A stretch of DNA of 54,964 bases, from contig CALHZJ010000114.1 in assembly GCA_938041005.1 (NCBI GenBank), forward strand, positions 1 through 54,964, in the 5' to 3' direction. Within the stretch, counting starts at the first letter, position 1; every line of letters starts with the position of its first letter. Source of the DNA: an uncultured Candidatus Saccharibacteria bacterium (GTDB taxonomy: Bacteria; Patescibacteriota; Saccharimonadia; Saccharimonadales; Saccharimonadaceae). Under the pieces are notes generated by a model. The model did not search any database. It was given only the letters and a program-made list of their open reading frames with translations, and was not told where the DNA came from. The position numbers and the translations under genes were made by a program. Of this stretch, positions 29,416 to 39,989 are shown in pieces.

Positions 29416-30339
29416 ATGTTTATATCAGAAGCTTTAACTGATTTCTTAGAGCACCTAGAGGTTGAAGGTGGGCGTAGTCAAAAAACCATCATAAATTATC
29501 AACTATACCTGGAGAGATTCATTGATTTTGCTGGCGATATAAATGTTGATAAAATTACATCAGAGCTAATACGCCAGTATCGCCTCTGGTTAAACCGTTA
29601 TAAAAATGACAACACCGGCGAAGAGCTGTCTTTAATTACCCAAAGTTATCATCTTATTGCATTACGAGGTCTATTAACTTACCTTTCTCGTCGTAATATC
29701 AAAAGCCTGGCTGCCGACAGAATTATATTGCCCAAAGTAGTTCGTAAACAAGTGACTTTTTTACAATATGACGAGATTTTACGTATGATTGATCAAATAC
29801 CAACCGATACAGAATCTGGACTGAGAGATCGAGCAATCGTTGAGTTGCTATTTTCCAGCGGACTGCGCGTTTCAGAATTGGTCAATTTAAACCGAGATCA
29901 TATAAACCTAAAGAGGCGCGAATTTATGGTGCGAGGAAAAGGACAAAAGGATCGCCCTGTTTTTATTTCAAAAAGCGCTGCCGAACACATATCGGCATAC
30001 TTGGAGTCTAGAACAGATAATCTACCCGCCCTATTTTTAAGCTATAGTAAACGTCACGCAACTCCTAACACCTCCGGAGATTACCGTAGGTTAAGCGCGC
30101 GCAGTATTCAGAGAATGGTTGGTCAATATGCTAGATTAGCTGGCATTACAAAACATGTAAGTCCACACACTATGCGTCACAGTTTTGCTACTGACCTACT
30201 TATGAACGGTGCGGACTTGCGCTCAGTCCAATCAATGCTGGGACATAGCAATATATCAACAACACAGGTATACACGCACGTTACCGACCAGCATCTGAAA
30301 GACATTCACGACCGATTTCATAGTGACACAGAATCTTAA
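29416..30339 (+). CDS. XerC/XerD-family tyrosine recombinase
   Basis: RDRAIVELLFSSGLRVSEL, GKGQK, HTMRHSFAT, LGH..ISTTQVY; start at ATG 29416. Confidence 0.93.
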   Translation: MFISEALTDFLEHLEVEGGRSQKTIINYQLYLERFIDFAGDINVDKITSELIRQYRLWLNRYKNDNTGEELSLITQSYHLIALRGLLTYLSRRNIKSLAADRIILPKVVRKQVTFLQYDEILRMIDQIPTDTESGLRDRAIVELLFSSGLRVSELVNLNRDHINLKRREFMVRGKGQKDRPVFISKSAAEHISAYLESRTDNLPALFLSYSKRHATPNTSGDYRRLSARSIQRMVGQYARLAGITKHVSPHTMRHSFATDLLMNGADLRSVQSMLGHSNISTTQVYTHVTDQHLKDIHDRFHSDTES

Positions 30340-30340
30340 C

Positions 30341-31483
30341 CTATGGCTTACATTGACCTGCAGTAGCAGATCCGCCACCAGATACAGAGAAATCTTTACA
30401 CAGACTATTCCTTAATTCAACCGCATTATTAGGATATGCGAAATCATCTCCTATTTGCAATCGAGCTTCAACTCTTCTAAACAAATCACTTGCTCGCCCT
30501 GTGGAATCGACAATTGGCTGAACTCCATCAAAATTGACAATCGTTCCGTCGGTTTTCTGGAGAGAAATCTTCACACTGCCGCCTTTATATATAGGCAATA
30601 ATCTCAAGAACGCAGTTTCGCTACCAGCTGGAATCTCATCAACATCAATCACCGCCTTACACGAATATTCGCCAGAAAACTTGAATGTCTTACTGCAAGA
30701 AACCACACTTGTTCCATTATTATGTTCATTCCCGTCAGTTGCGCGTGGATGATCAGAAATCTTACCAGAAACAGCAGTACCATTCTGGCTTGCTACGTCT
30801 GACCTTAAAACGTTCGGTCGTAAGAAAGAAGTGACACCAGTTGAGTCTAAAGCCGCTAAATTAAAGGTAGATCCTGGATTAATAAGCTGCACGCGCATCA
30901 ATTGTGGCGAATTAGTATTCCAGTTGCTTTTCGTCGGCAAATCCCCAGAAGTGGATATTTCAGTGTTAGCGGCGTTAGCGCCATTCAAATTGCTCTCATC
31001 ATCGCGCCTATACCATTCAATAGATATCTTGCTGAATGAACCAGTTGCGCGTAGTGGCACAATTTGAGATTTTTCCTCAATAGACTTATATATAAAATCT
31101 TGAGATTTCATAGTGATCTTTACGCAAGTATACGCTTGATCAAATTTTTTACCCGCATCCGTACCAGTTTTAATAATAGTTTCACCAGAAGAACTGCCTC
31201 CAACGACACCAGACGCCGCGACCATATTACAATTAATTGGACCATTCAGCACTCCCGCCGCTTGAATATTGCCAGTCTGGGCGGCACGAACCACGCGCTT
31301 AGCATCCTCAACCCCAGCCAAAGCCGCGTCATAAGCACTCTGCGACAGATCATTATTCGAGGATTGTCGCTGATCCATAATCATCAACTTGATAAACCCA
31401 ATAGTAACAATAGTCAGCAACATCGCGCCAAATATAACCGCAAAAAGAGATACAGCACCTGATTGTCGCGCATTTTTACCCAT
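30341..31483 (-). CDS. PilX/GspK-like minor pilin
   Basis: QSG|AVSLF cleavage site without Glu5; 'SQSAYDAALAGVEDA'. Confidence 0.8.
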   Translation of the reverse strand: MGKNARQSGAVSLFAVIFGAMLLTIVTIGFIKLMIMDQRQSSNNDLSQSAYDAALAGVEDAKRVVRAAQTGNIQAAGVLNGPINCNMVAASGVVGGSSSGETIIKTGTDAGKKFDQAYTCVKITMKSQDFIYKSIEEKSQIVPLRATGSFSKISIEWYRRDDESNLNGANAANTEISTSGDLPTKSNWNTNSPQLMRVQLINPGSTFNLAALDSTGVTSFLRPNVLRSDVASQNGTAVSGKISDHPRATDGNEHNNGTSVVSCSKTFKFSGEYSCKAVIDVDEIPAGSETAFLRLLPIYKGGSVKISLQKTDGTIVNFDGVQPIVDSTGRASDLFRRVEARLQIGDDFAYPNNAVELRNSLCKDFSVSGGGSATAGQCKP

Positions 31484-32174
31484 TTGTCCTCACAATCATC
31501 TCAAATTTATTTATAGCACAGAACTCAAAATTGCTATCATCTTCAGTCGGAGCTTTACAGGAAGAATTCCTTATTTCACTCATCTTGCTCGTCCCCAATG
31601 TAAAAGTCAATTTATACAGCGCCTCTCTTGAATTATCTGAGGTAACCTTTTCTAACGTAACTTCGTGCACGCCAATTGAACCATCACCGCTATTGATAGA
31701 CCTGAGCAAATTGGATGATTTTGCAAGATCGACAGTTTCTGGATATTTGCCAGAAGCGTCTTTTTTACACAATCCGCTATCCGCATCAACTACGCGCACC
31801 AAATTCACTGGATTACCATTAACCTTAAACAGACTATTTCCGCCCAACAGGCTAGGATCGTCCAAATACTTCGGATTATTCCATACATAAGAATGAGAAC
31901 CAAGACAAAGTCGACCAGTTGACCAATTGCTATTATTCGGCACCCTCAAACCAGTAGTGTCAATCTTTTCAGCATTTGCCTGAAGAAAATCGCGTCGAAT
32001 AGTATCTGAAATATCTCGCCCCGCTTGATTAACATCACGAAGTACAATTCCTCTGCTATACATTTTTCCCGCTTGAATACCCACCATCGCAATCGACAAC
32101 AAAAGAACAGAGATAAAACTCATGGCGAGCATCAATTCGATAAGTGTAAATCCTTTTTTATAGCCCCGAATCAT
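31476..32174 (-). CDS. Minor pilin (PilW-like)
   Basis: KKG|FTLIELM N-methylation motif. Confidence 0.85.
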   Translation of the reverse strand: MIRGYKKGFTLIELMLAMSFISVLLLSIAMVGIQAGKMYSRGIVLRDVNQAGRDISDTIRRDFLQANAEKIDTTGLRVPNNSNWSTGRLCLGSHSYVWNNPKYLDDPSLLGGNSLFKVNGNPVNLVRVVDADSGLCKKDASGKYPETVDLAKSSNLLRSINSGDGSIGVHEVTLEKVTSDNSREALYKLTFTLGTSKMSEIRNSSCKAPTEDDSNFEFCAINKFEMIVRTNG

Positions 32175-32739
32175 ACAACCTCACAATCGTACCAATAGTC
32201 GCCGGCATTTTACTGCCAACTGGCATCCAGCATGCTTTTATGTACGCATCATATTTGTTGCTATCCCTGCTTCCAGTGGCCGTACTCGGCTTAACCAATC
32301 TAACAGATATTCCATACGTTTTTTTAGTATCGCTATCAACCCGCGCATATGTTTCTGCCGCTTTATAATCTCCAGGATTGTTCAATATACTAATCTTCGA
32401 AGCGAGCGAAGGCGTCGCAGCCAAAGCAAACTCTTTCGTAGAAAAATCATCAGGACATTTTTCGACACCCAAGTTTCCTTCATTGTCATTAACAGCAGAA
32501 ACGCTCACCGAATTATTGTCTACCAATTTCTTCCAAGTATCATTTTTCATATCATGCGCATATCTTAGCATTTCAGCCTGAGCGTCAACCTGTTGGCGAA
32601 CCAACGTCGTCTCTAAAGAATACTGAGCAATAGCCATCCCGCGATTCATGGTTTCTAATGCAATAACGGCAACTAGGCTAAAAATAGTTACTCCAAGTAA
32701 CACCTCGACAAGTGTGTCACCTCTGTTAAACTTACGCAT
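32158..32739 (-). CDS. Minor pilin (PilV-like)
   Basis: NRG|DTLVEVL prepilin motif; start at ATG 32739. Confidence 0.82.
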   Translation of the reverse strand: MRKFNRGDTLVEVLLGVTIFSLVAVIALETMNRGMAIAQYSLETTLVRQQVDAQAEMLRYAHDMKNDTWKKLVDNNSVSVSAVNDNEGNLGVEKCPDDFSTKEFALAATPSLASKISILNNPGDYKAAETYARVDSDTKKTYGISVRLVKPSTATGSRDSNKYDAYIKACWMPVGSKMPATIGTIVRLYDSGL

Positions 32740-33472
32740 CAGCACAACCTCCTGTCGCATTACCCATAACTACAGCATCAGCAGAACCTGCGTGTGATCG
32801 TAGAAAAATAGATAATCTCTCTCCCGGTAGCCAGCCGTCATCATAAACACAAATTTCCCTCTGTTGACGCTGCTCGCCAGCAGATTGCACAACTCCAGCA
32901 CTATTTTTATTGTTGACGAAATCAGTTAAATTGTCACCGAATCGACTCGTGCCAGTTCTAATATCCAACTGCCCCGTCTCTGGATGGCGGTACATCAAAA
33001 TAGAAATATACGCACTATCCTTAGCTTGGTTAGAAAACCTAGTTTTTGCTTGCCAATTAACAATATATTTATCAGACTCAGCGCCCCGTCTATAAGTCCA
33101 CGCGCTACCCTTATCTGATCTATAGGCATAAACTGGATAAGTTTTGTACAGATTGCCGTCCGTTGAGCCCAGAGAACCTTCAGTGGTAATATAGCGACCG
33201 ACAATCACGCAATCAGATTGACCGCGCAGAGTTTCAGCTCGACCATCAGAGCCTTCAATTGGGCAAGTGCCCTTAGATCGCTCATTCTCAACATTGACCA
33301 CCTTCGAGTATTCATTTCGCAAAAAACCAGCATAAGACTGCACCGAATCGCGATATTGCTGACGATTAATTGACATACTTACGCCAACCATCAGCATAGA
33401 GGTCAGCAAACCAGAAATAGCCACAAACAAAATCACTTCAATTATAGTAAAACCTTTTTGTTTATTGCCCAT
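32732..33472 (-). CDS. Minor pilin (FimU/GspH-like)
   Basis: QKG|FTIIEVI; start at ATG 33472. Confidence 0.85.
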   Translation of the reverse strand: MGNKQKGFTIIEVILFVAISGLLTSMLMVGVSMSINRQQYRDSVQSYAGFLRNEYSKVVNVENERSKGTCPIEGSDGRAETLRGQSDCVIVGRYITTEGSLGSTDGNLYKTYPVYAYRSDKGSAWTYRRGAESDKYIVNWQAKTRFSNQAKDSAYISILMYRHPETGQLDIRTGTSRFGDNLTDFVNNKNSAGVVQSAGEQRQQREICVYDDGWLPGERLSIFLRSHAGSADAVVMGNATGGCADA

Positions 33473-33504
33473 CACTTCTCCATTATAACATAAGCGCTTT
33501 TTAC

Positions 33505-34386
33505 TTAGACAATAAGAAAGCCCCACTCTAAAATTTGTCGGCTAAAGAACCAAGCGAGTAAAAACCCTACGATAAGCAATGGGCCGAAGCATATCCGTGA
33601 AGTTGCTTGCAATTTTCCTCGCATCATTGATGGCAAGACAAGAAGCGTGCCGATAAGATTCGCGATGAACAACGCAGCAAACGCCAAAAGCCAATTTCCC
33701 AAGAACAAACCCAATCCAAGTCCAAGCTTAACATCACCAAAGCCAATCCAAGTTTTATCCTCCCCATAGCGATATTTTGAGAATAAATATAGCACCATAT
33801 ATATTCCGCTCAGAATCGCAATCGACCCAAATAACGTCATCAAGCTTTTTGAGAAATCGCCAGATAGACATACTTTTATTCCCGCAAAAATAGCGCCAAG
33901 AATGATAAACGGAATATTAATTACATCTGGAAGAAGTAGCCATCTGAGGTCATAGACAAATAAAATCGCCAGCAGCACCAAACTTGCCAACCACAAGACC
34001 AGCAACGCGACTTGCCAAATATCCGTTAACGATCCCGGCCAAAAAGCCACGGACGCAACGAACAGTCCAGCCATCACTAGTTCCAGCAAGATTTCCGTCC
34101 AACCGATAAATGCTTTGCAATATCTGCATCGCCCCAATCCAGCAACCCAACTTACCACAGGAATCAAATCGCACCACTTAAGCTCATGCCCGCAAGATAA
34201 ACAGCGAGATCTATCTTTGGAAATTTTTTTTATCAATGGAGATAATTTCTTTAATTCCTTTTGGTCAACTTTTTCTCCGGCTTTTTTATCTTCCATCAAT
34301 TGACGAGCCCGCAAGCGCCAAATTTGCGCTCCGGCGAAACTGCCTAAAATAGCCCCTAAAAATCCCACTAGTACAAACTTAATCAT
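33505..34386 (-). CDS. pilD: Prepilin peptidase
   Basis: RSRCLSC, LIPVVSW...GRCRYC, catalytic YDL and GFGDVKL. Confidence 0.94.
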   Translation of the reverse strand: MIKFVLVGFLGAILGSFAGAQIWRLRARQLMEDKKAGEKVDQKELKKLSPLIKKISKDRSRCLSCGHELKWCDLIPVVSWVAGLGRCRYCKAFIGWTEILLELVMAGLFVASVAFWPGSLTDIWQVALLVLWLASLVLLAILFVYDLRWLLLPDVINIPFIILGAIFAGIKVCLSGDFSKSLMTLFGSIAILSGIYMVLYLFSKYRYGEDKTWIGFGDVKLGLGLGLFLGNWLLAFAALFIANLIGTLLVLPSMMRGKLQATSRICFGPLLIVGFLLAWFFSRQILEWGFLIV

Positions 34387-34458
34387 ACTTCTTATGGTAA
34401 CAAAAAACCATAAAAAAATCAGCCCCATACCGAGGCTGATTCGTAATTTATCTATGGA

Positions 34459-34938
34459 TTATACGTCCTGGCAATACAATTGCTTTTGAGAACCGTTATT
34501 CTCTAGTAGAACTACAACTGCTGCGTTGCGTGAAGATCCGTTTTGCAAAGTTATATTTGCTGGATCGTCAGCAGATGGAGCTGGCGTGCTAGCAGGACAT
34601 TTCTTGCCACGCATAACCTTGATTTCGTTACTAGCTACTGACATTGAAGCACCAGGTGTAGCAACCTTTAATTCTGAAGATTTGTCGTATTGATCAAGCT
34701 TATCGACATACTTGCGTAGAGACTCTTCACTAAACGTGCCACCGTTACGATTAGCTGAATTCCAATTGGTAATAGCTGCGGCAACTGTTGAAGCGTCATT
34801 CTTCCTTGACTGGTCGCGCTGGCTACGCTGCAAAGCTGGCAATGCGATAAACACCATCGCAAAGATAAGTCCAGCAATAGCCAAGACTAGGACGACCTCG
34901 ATGATTGTAAATCCTTTTTTATTATCTTTTTTTGTCAT
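34459..34938 (-). CDS. Type IV pilin, probable major pilin
   Basis: KKG|FTIIEVVLVLAIAGLI, C-terminal Cys pair, own promoter and terminator hairpin (about 34415-34442). Confidence 0.88.
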   Translation of the reverse strand: MTKKDNKKGFTIIEVVLVLAIAGLIFAMVFIALPALQRSQRDQSRKNDASTVAAAITNWNSANRNGGTFSEESLRKYVDKLDQYDKSSELKVATPGASMSVASNEIKVMRGKKCPASTPAPSADDPANITLQNGSSRNAAVVVLLENNGSQKQLYCQDV

Positions 34939-35019
34939 TAGATTTCCCACCTTTCTATGGTTTACCTATATTTACGCAAAAATGCTTAAGCTTATAATAC
35001 ACTAAAAATATAAGTCAGT

Positions 35020-36234
35020 CTAGCGAATATTAATATTACCAACCAAACTATAAATTGGAAGCAAGATAGCCGCCACCATCGTACCTGCAACTATAGCTAA
35101 AAAGACCATCAAAACTGGCTCTATCGCCGTTGATAAAGCGCGAATTTCCTCGTCAAGCTCATCTTCATAAACCTGAGCGGTCTTGCCCATCATCTCATCA
35201 ATTTTACCTGATTGCTCACCAATTTTAATCATCTGCGGTACCATTGCTAGGAAATAATCTTCATTAGATAAAGAAGCTGAGAGCGCCTTACCGCCCTTTA
35301 CCTTATCTGACGCACGAAGTATGCTTTCACTAATAATCACGTTATTGACAGCATCAGATGTAATACGAAGCATATCAAGCATCGGCACACCAGTACTCAG
35401 AAGAACTTGACCAGTCCTGGCAAATCGAGCCATGTACATTTTCCTGAACATTCCTTTAAATAGCGGAACATTAAGCTTAAAGGTGTCTTTAGTCCTAATT
35501 CCTTGTTCAGTTTTCAGATATTGTACTAGGAAATAACCGCCGATAATCATTGCCAATATAACAAGCCACCAAAGACTACTAAAAAAGTTCGCCACTTTAA
35601 TCATCATAAGAGTTACAAATGGCAACCCCTTATTTAAGTCACGATACAGACCCTCAACTTGCGGAACGACCGTGAATAACATAAATCCGATAACTAAGAT
35701 AATCACTACCAAGACAATTGACGGATACATCATAGCACCTCTAATCTTACTCATCATAGCAGCGTCTTTTTCCTGCTGAGCAGCTAACCTCTTAAGCGAA
35801 TCATCCATTGTACCTGACGTTTCGCCGGCCGAGATCAAAGCTACGTAGACTTTATTGAAAGCTTCTGGATGTTTTGCGAACGAATCAGACAATGATTTAC
35901 CGCCTTCAACGTCAGAGATAATTTCCTGGACTATCTCCTGCATGCGCTTATTCGTCGTCTGCTCCTGAACCGTTCGAAGACTTTGCGCCAAAGGCAATCC
36001 TGCCCCAATAAGTGTAGCCAGCTGACGAGTAAACACAACCTTATCCTTAGTGGTGATTCTACCAGAAAACTTTGCAAAGAAGCTGGTCTTATCGTCTTGT
36101 AGTTCAATTTTTAATGGGACAAACCCTTGTGACGTCAAAAGCTTCGCGGCAGCATTTTCGCTATCAGCCTGAACAACTGATTTAACGATTTTATTACTTG
36201 CGCTATCTCTGGCTTCATAATTGTATTTTTTCAT
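35020..36234 (-). CDS. pilC: Type IV pilus platform protein (PilC/GspF)
   Basis: FTRQLATLIGAGLPL, AGETSG, IGEQSG, IEP. Confidence 0.95.
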   Translation of the reverse strand: MKKYNYEARDSASNKIVKSVVQADSENAAAKLLTSQGFVPLKIELQDDKTSFFAKFSGRITTKDKVVFTRQLATLIGAGLPLAQSLRTVQEQTTNKRMQEIVQEIISDVEGGKSLSDSFAKHPEAFNKVYVALISAGETSGTMDDSLKRLAAQQEKDAAMMSKIRGAMMYPSIVLVVIILVIGFMLFTVVPQVEGLYRDLNKGLPFVTLMMIKVANFFSSLWWLVILAMIIGGYFLVQYLKTEQGIRTKDTFKLNVPLFKGMFRKMYMARFARTGQVLLSTGVPMLDMLRITSDAVNNVIISESILRASDKVKGGKALSASLSNEDYFLAMVPQMIKIGEQSGKIDEMMGKTAQVYEDELDEEIRALSTAIEPVLMVFLAIVAGTMVAAILLPIYSLVGNINIR

Positions 36235-36237
36235 TTA

Positions 36238-37308
36238 TTACCCCCTCATCAACCTCTCAAATTCCGTCAAATCGACAGCAAATTCACGAGCACTATCATA
36301 CGTAATCGTACCGTTCTGCACCAAATTGACCAAAGTTCGATCCATCGTCTGCATTCCCTGGTCAGCACCAGTCTGAATCACGGCATCCAACTGGTGAGAT
36401 TTACCTTCGCGGATAATGTTGCGCACCGCTGGATTAGCAATCAAAACCTCTGCCGCCACGACTCGCCCACCGCCGATAGCCGGAACTAGTCGCTGTGAAC
36501 AAATTGCCATCAAAATATTACTGAGCTGAGCGCGAATCTGTGGCTGCTGGTGTGGCGGGAACACGTCAATCATACGGTCAATTGATTGCGCTGCGGAGTT
36601 CGTGTGTAGCGTCGCAAACACCAAGTGTCCAGTTTCAGCAATTGTAATCGCTGCTGAAATCGTCTCGAGGTCGCGCATCTCACCAATCAACACAACATCT
36701 GGGTCTTGGCGAAGACTCGAGCGCAAAGCCGCAGAGAACGAATAAGTGTCGTAATGAACTTCCCGCTGAACTACCACTGATTTTTTCGACTTGTGAGTAA
36801 ACTCGATAGGGTCTTCAATGGTAATAATATGCTGTGAGCGCTCAGAATTAATTTTATCAACCAGCGCCGCCAAAGTCGTTGACTTACCAGAACCAGTTGG
36901 ACCAGTAACCAACACCAAGCCACGAGGGAAATCCGCAAACGTATTAACAACCGGCGGCATACCCAGTTCAGACGCCGACTTAATTTCATTTGGAATCAAA
37001 CGTAGAGCTGCAGCCAAATTGCCACGCTCATGGAAGGCGTTAACTCGGAATCGTCCCAGTGTACCAAACGCAAACGAAAAGTCGAATTCCTTATCTTTTA
37101 GCAAAATCTGTCGCTGATCTTCATCAAGAATCTGAAATACCAATCTCTCAACTGCAGGCTCATCCAATGGTTGAGTTCCGGCGGCCGGCATTAATGAACC
37201 GTCAATTCGCAGCATTGGCGGCAAACCAACTTGAATATGAAGGTCCGAAGCACGCTTCTTAACGACTTCTTCCAGCAAAATCTCAATTCGCAATTCTTGA
37301 TTATTCAT
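36238..37308 (-). CDS. pilT: Pilus retraction ATPase
   Basis: GPTGSGKSTT, TIEDPIE, LRQDPD, AVRNIIRE (AIRNLIRE motif), GMQT. Confidence 0.96.
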   Translation of the reverse strand: MNNQELRIEILLEEVVKKRASDLHIQVGLPPMLRIDGSLMPAAGTQPLDEPAVERLVFQILDEDQRQILLKDKEFDFSFAFGTLGRFRVNAFHERGNLAAALRLIPNEIKSASELGMPPVVNTFADFPRGLVLVTGPTGSGKSTTLAALVDKINSERSQHIITIEDPIEFTHKSKKSVVVQREVHYDTYSFSAALRSSLRQDPDVVLIGEMRDLETISAAITIAETGHLVFATLHTNSAAQSIDRMIDVFPPHQQPQIRAQLSNILMAICSQRLVPAIGGGRVVAAEVLIANPAVRNIIREGKSHQLDAVIQTGADQGMQTMDRTLVNLVQNGTITYDSAREFAVDLTEFERLMRG

Positions 37309-37319
37309 GTTTCCTCCTT

Positions 37320-39080
37320 TTACGCGGTATCCGCCGCTACCCTATTAACTTCTTCTATTGTCGTTATTCCGTTCAACGCCTTCAGATAGCCATCTTGACG
37401 CATCGTAATCATACCCTGTTGAATTGCCATTCGCTGGATTTCCGCTGAGGTTGCGCGCTTAACAATCAAATTCTGAATCTCTTCAGTAATATCCATAACC
37501 TCATACAAACCAGCTCGCCCAGCATAACCGCGAGGAGTTTGCGGCGTATCTTTTCCTTTTGCCAAGGCAAACGACGTCTGCGTCGCTAGCGGCAAACTTT
37601 CATACCCCAAATCTTGCGCGTATTGAGCAACCTGCTCCCTTGTTTGCGGCAATAATCCACCAACCGCCTCGCGAATTGCCTGCGTTTCCAGTGGTGATGA
37701 TTGATAAATATCTCGACGGCGCGCCACTCGCCTCACCAAACGCTGACCGATAATCGTATTAACCGTACTGGCAATAAGAAACGGCTCGATTCCCATATCC
37801 AACAAACGCGGCAGCACACCAGCAGCGGAATTAGTGTGAAGTGTTGAGAAAACCAAGTGTCCCGTTAAGGCTGCCTGAATAGCCAAATTCGCTGTTTCAT
37901 TATCGCGAATCTCACCAACCATCACAATGTCTGGGTCTTGACGCAAAATTGAGCGCAGCCCAGAAGCAAACGTCAAGCCAACTTCCGCGTTCACCTGAAT
38001 CTGATTGACGCCATCCATCTTATACTCAACCGGATCTTCAAGTGTCACAATATTCACAGTGTCGTTCTTAATCTCCTTGATCAACGCGTACAAACTCGTT
38101 GACTTACCAGAACCAGTTGGACCCGATGTTAAGATCATTCCATTTGGTCGCTTAATTCCCTTACGGATCGTCCTTAATGCGCGCCCAGCGTAGCCCATGT
38201 CTTCCAAATTGAAAGAACTTCCACTCTTATCAAGCAGACGAATAACCACCTGTTCACCCCAAACGACAGGAGAGATAGCAATACGAAGGTCAACCTCTTT
38301 ACCTGCAACGTTAACCGCAAATTGACCGTCCTGAGGAATGCGATGCTCGTCAATTTTCAGATTAGAAAGAATCTTAATACGACTAACTAACGCCGGCTCA
38401 ATACTCTTTGGGAGCTGCATAATCTCACGCAAAACACCGTCAACACGACAACGAATCTTCAAAGCCTTCTCTAATGGCTCAATATGCACGTCGGACGCAT
38501 GACTTTTTACCGCATACTCCAAAATTGTCGATAATGCTCGTGATATCGGTGAATCTTGGACAATGGTTTTAATATTGCCAGCTTCCGACAAAGACTCTTC
38601 CTGCGAAGCCTGTGCAGCCACGTTAACAGATGACAAATCCGTTTTATATTGATCCAAGACGTGACGAACACTCTCTTCTGAGGCCATGAAAACTTTTATC
38701 GGACGCTGGATGCGATTCGACAAATAGTCCACCGCTTGAACATTATTCGCGTCGATCATCGCTACCGCTAGTCGGTTCTGAACTTCGGCCAGCGGCACAG
38801 CCATAAATCTCTCAGCAACATCGGACGGTAATAGAGATAAAATATCCTGACTAATAACACTATTTGACAGATTGACATACGGCACACCCGAAACTTGAGC
38901 CACGCCATGAACTAGTAGTTCATTATCAAGCAGTCCCTCTTCACTAAGCAAACTAAACAGAGGTTTGCCACTCTCAGAGGCACGCTTTAAGGCATCATCA
39001 ATGACAGACTTCTCAATAAGCCCCTCGTTTACGAGCAGCTCGATCAACTTATCTTGGATGTCGTCCGTCAGTAAAGCCAT
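37320..39080 (-). CDS. pilB: Pilus assembly ATPase (PilB/GspE)
   Basis: ASDVHIEP, PQDG, GPTGSGKST, LRQDPD, TGHLV. Confidence 0.95.
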   Translation of the reverse strand: MALLTDDIQDKLIELLVNEGLIEKSVIDDALKRASESGKPLFSLLSEEGLLDNELLVHGVAQVSGVPYVNLSNSVISQDILSLLPSDVAERFMAVPLAEVQNRLAVAMIDANNVQAVDYLSNRIQRPIKVFMASEESVRHVLDQYKTDLSSVNVAAQASQEESLSEAGNIKTIVQDSPISRALSTILEYAVKSHASDVHIEPLEKALKIRCRVDGVLREIMQLPKSIEPALVSRIKILSNLKIDEHRIPQDGQFAVNVAGKEVDLRIAISPVVWGEQVVIRLLDKSGSSFNLEDMGYAGRALRTIRKGIKRPNGMILTSGPTGSGKSTSLYALIKEIKNDTVNIVTLEDPVEYKMDGVNQIQVNAEVGLTFASGLRSILRQDPDIVMVGEIRDNETANLAIQAALTGHLVFSTLHTNSAAGVLPRLLDMGIEPFLIASTVNTIIGQRLVRRVARRRDIYQSSPLETQAIREAVGGLLPQTREQVAQYAQDLGYESLPLATQTSFALAKGKDTPQTPRGYAGRAGLYEVMDITEEIQNLIVKRATSAEIQRMAIQQGMITMRQDGYLKALNGITTIEEVNRVAADTA

Positions 39081-39093
39081 TTACACCCCTTCT

Positions 39094-39324
39094 CTATTTG
39101 GCTGCATCTTGACCTACGAATATTTCAACAGTTGGATTTATCGCATTATTATTAAAAATTGCTGGGTTTGGTTTTTCGACGTCAGGTGATATTTCTCGAA
39201 TAGTCTGTACTTTTGTGCCAGATTCTGGGACTTTTAAGAACGAGATATTAGAGGCGACAATATAGCCGATTGCCACACCCACACCCGCGATCAATATTAC
39301 CATTGCTATGTCTGTTTTCTTCAT
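39094..39324 (-). CDS. Small single-TM pilus-locus protein (PilP position)
   Basis: 76 aa, overlaps the pilO-like stop; assignment is positional only. Confidence 0.65.
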   Translation of the reverse strand: MKKTDIAMVILIAGVGVAIGYIVASNISFLKVPESGTKVQTIREISPDVEKPNPAIFNNNAINPTVEIFVGQDAAK

Positions 39325-39989
39325 GGCTTAACCACCTTATTCTCTAATTGTATTGTTTGTGCTGGCTCGTAATAAGCAACACCTCGAACTACCAAGCTTA
39401 ATCTATCCTCATTTCGCTGGATTTCTACGGTCTTTAGATCAATGACTCGAATAGACGCCTCTAATTTAGTCAACAATTCTTTCAATTTTTCAGCTGGACC
39501 ACTCACTTCCATAGTAAATGATACGGCATTTTCAGATGTTGACCCAGAGCTTTCACTATCAGATCCAGATTGAGCAACGGTCAGATTTTGAATAGTCACA
39601 CCAGTAGTCGTGTCGATAAATTTATTCTTCAACGAAGCACCAAGAGCGTCGGCGTTCGCATTATCTGGCAACGCGTCTAATACCGTCTGAAGAGCATTAC
39701 TTTCACTGCTTGATTTTATAGAGTTAAGCGCAGTATTCGTATCCAAAACTCGGATATTCTTCTTCAACTCATCAACTGATGACAGGTTTTTATCTAGACG
39801 AGAAATCGTATTTTGCTTCTCCAAAAGAATCTTCGAATGAAATACAATTTGCTGCACCAAAAATATACTCACAACAAGCGCAATTCCCGCCAAAAATGCC
39901 GCAGAAGCCACAAAAATAAACATAGTCTTTTTCGATGAATCAATCTGTTGACGCTTGCGTATTGCAACTTCTTTATTATCGGTCGCCAT
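39321..39989 (-). CDS. PilO-like alignment protein
   Basis: TM, coiled coil and ferredoxin-like C-terminus (LEASIRVID); follows pilN-like gene. Confidence 0.75.
   Translation of the reverse strand: MATDNKEVAIRKRQQIDSSKKTMFIFVASAAFLAGIALVVSIFLVQQIVFHSKILLEKQNTISRLDKNLSSVDELKKNIRVLDTNTALNSIKSSSESNALQTVLDALPDNANADALGASLKNKFIDTTTGVTIQNLTVAQSGSDSESSGSTSENAVSFTMEVSGPAEKLKELLTKLEASIRVIDLKTVEIQRNEDRLSLVVRGVAYYEPAQTIQLENKVVKP

Noticed and set aside
29416..30339. Recombinase as a phage integrase or pilin-shuffling invertase
   Set aside because: The sequence is Xer-like, neighbours are housekeeping genes, and I found no att duplication or repeated inversion sites around the pilin genes by eye.
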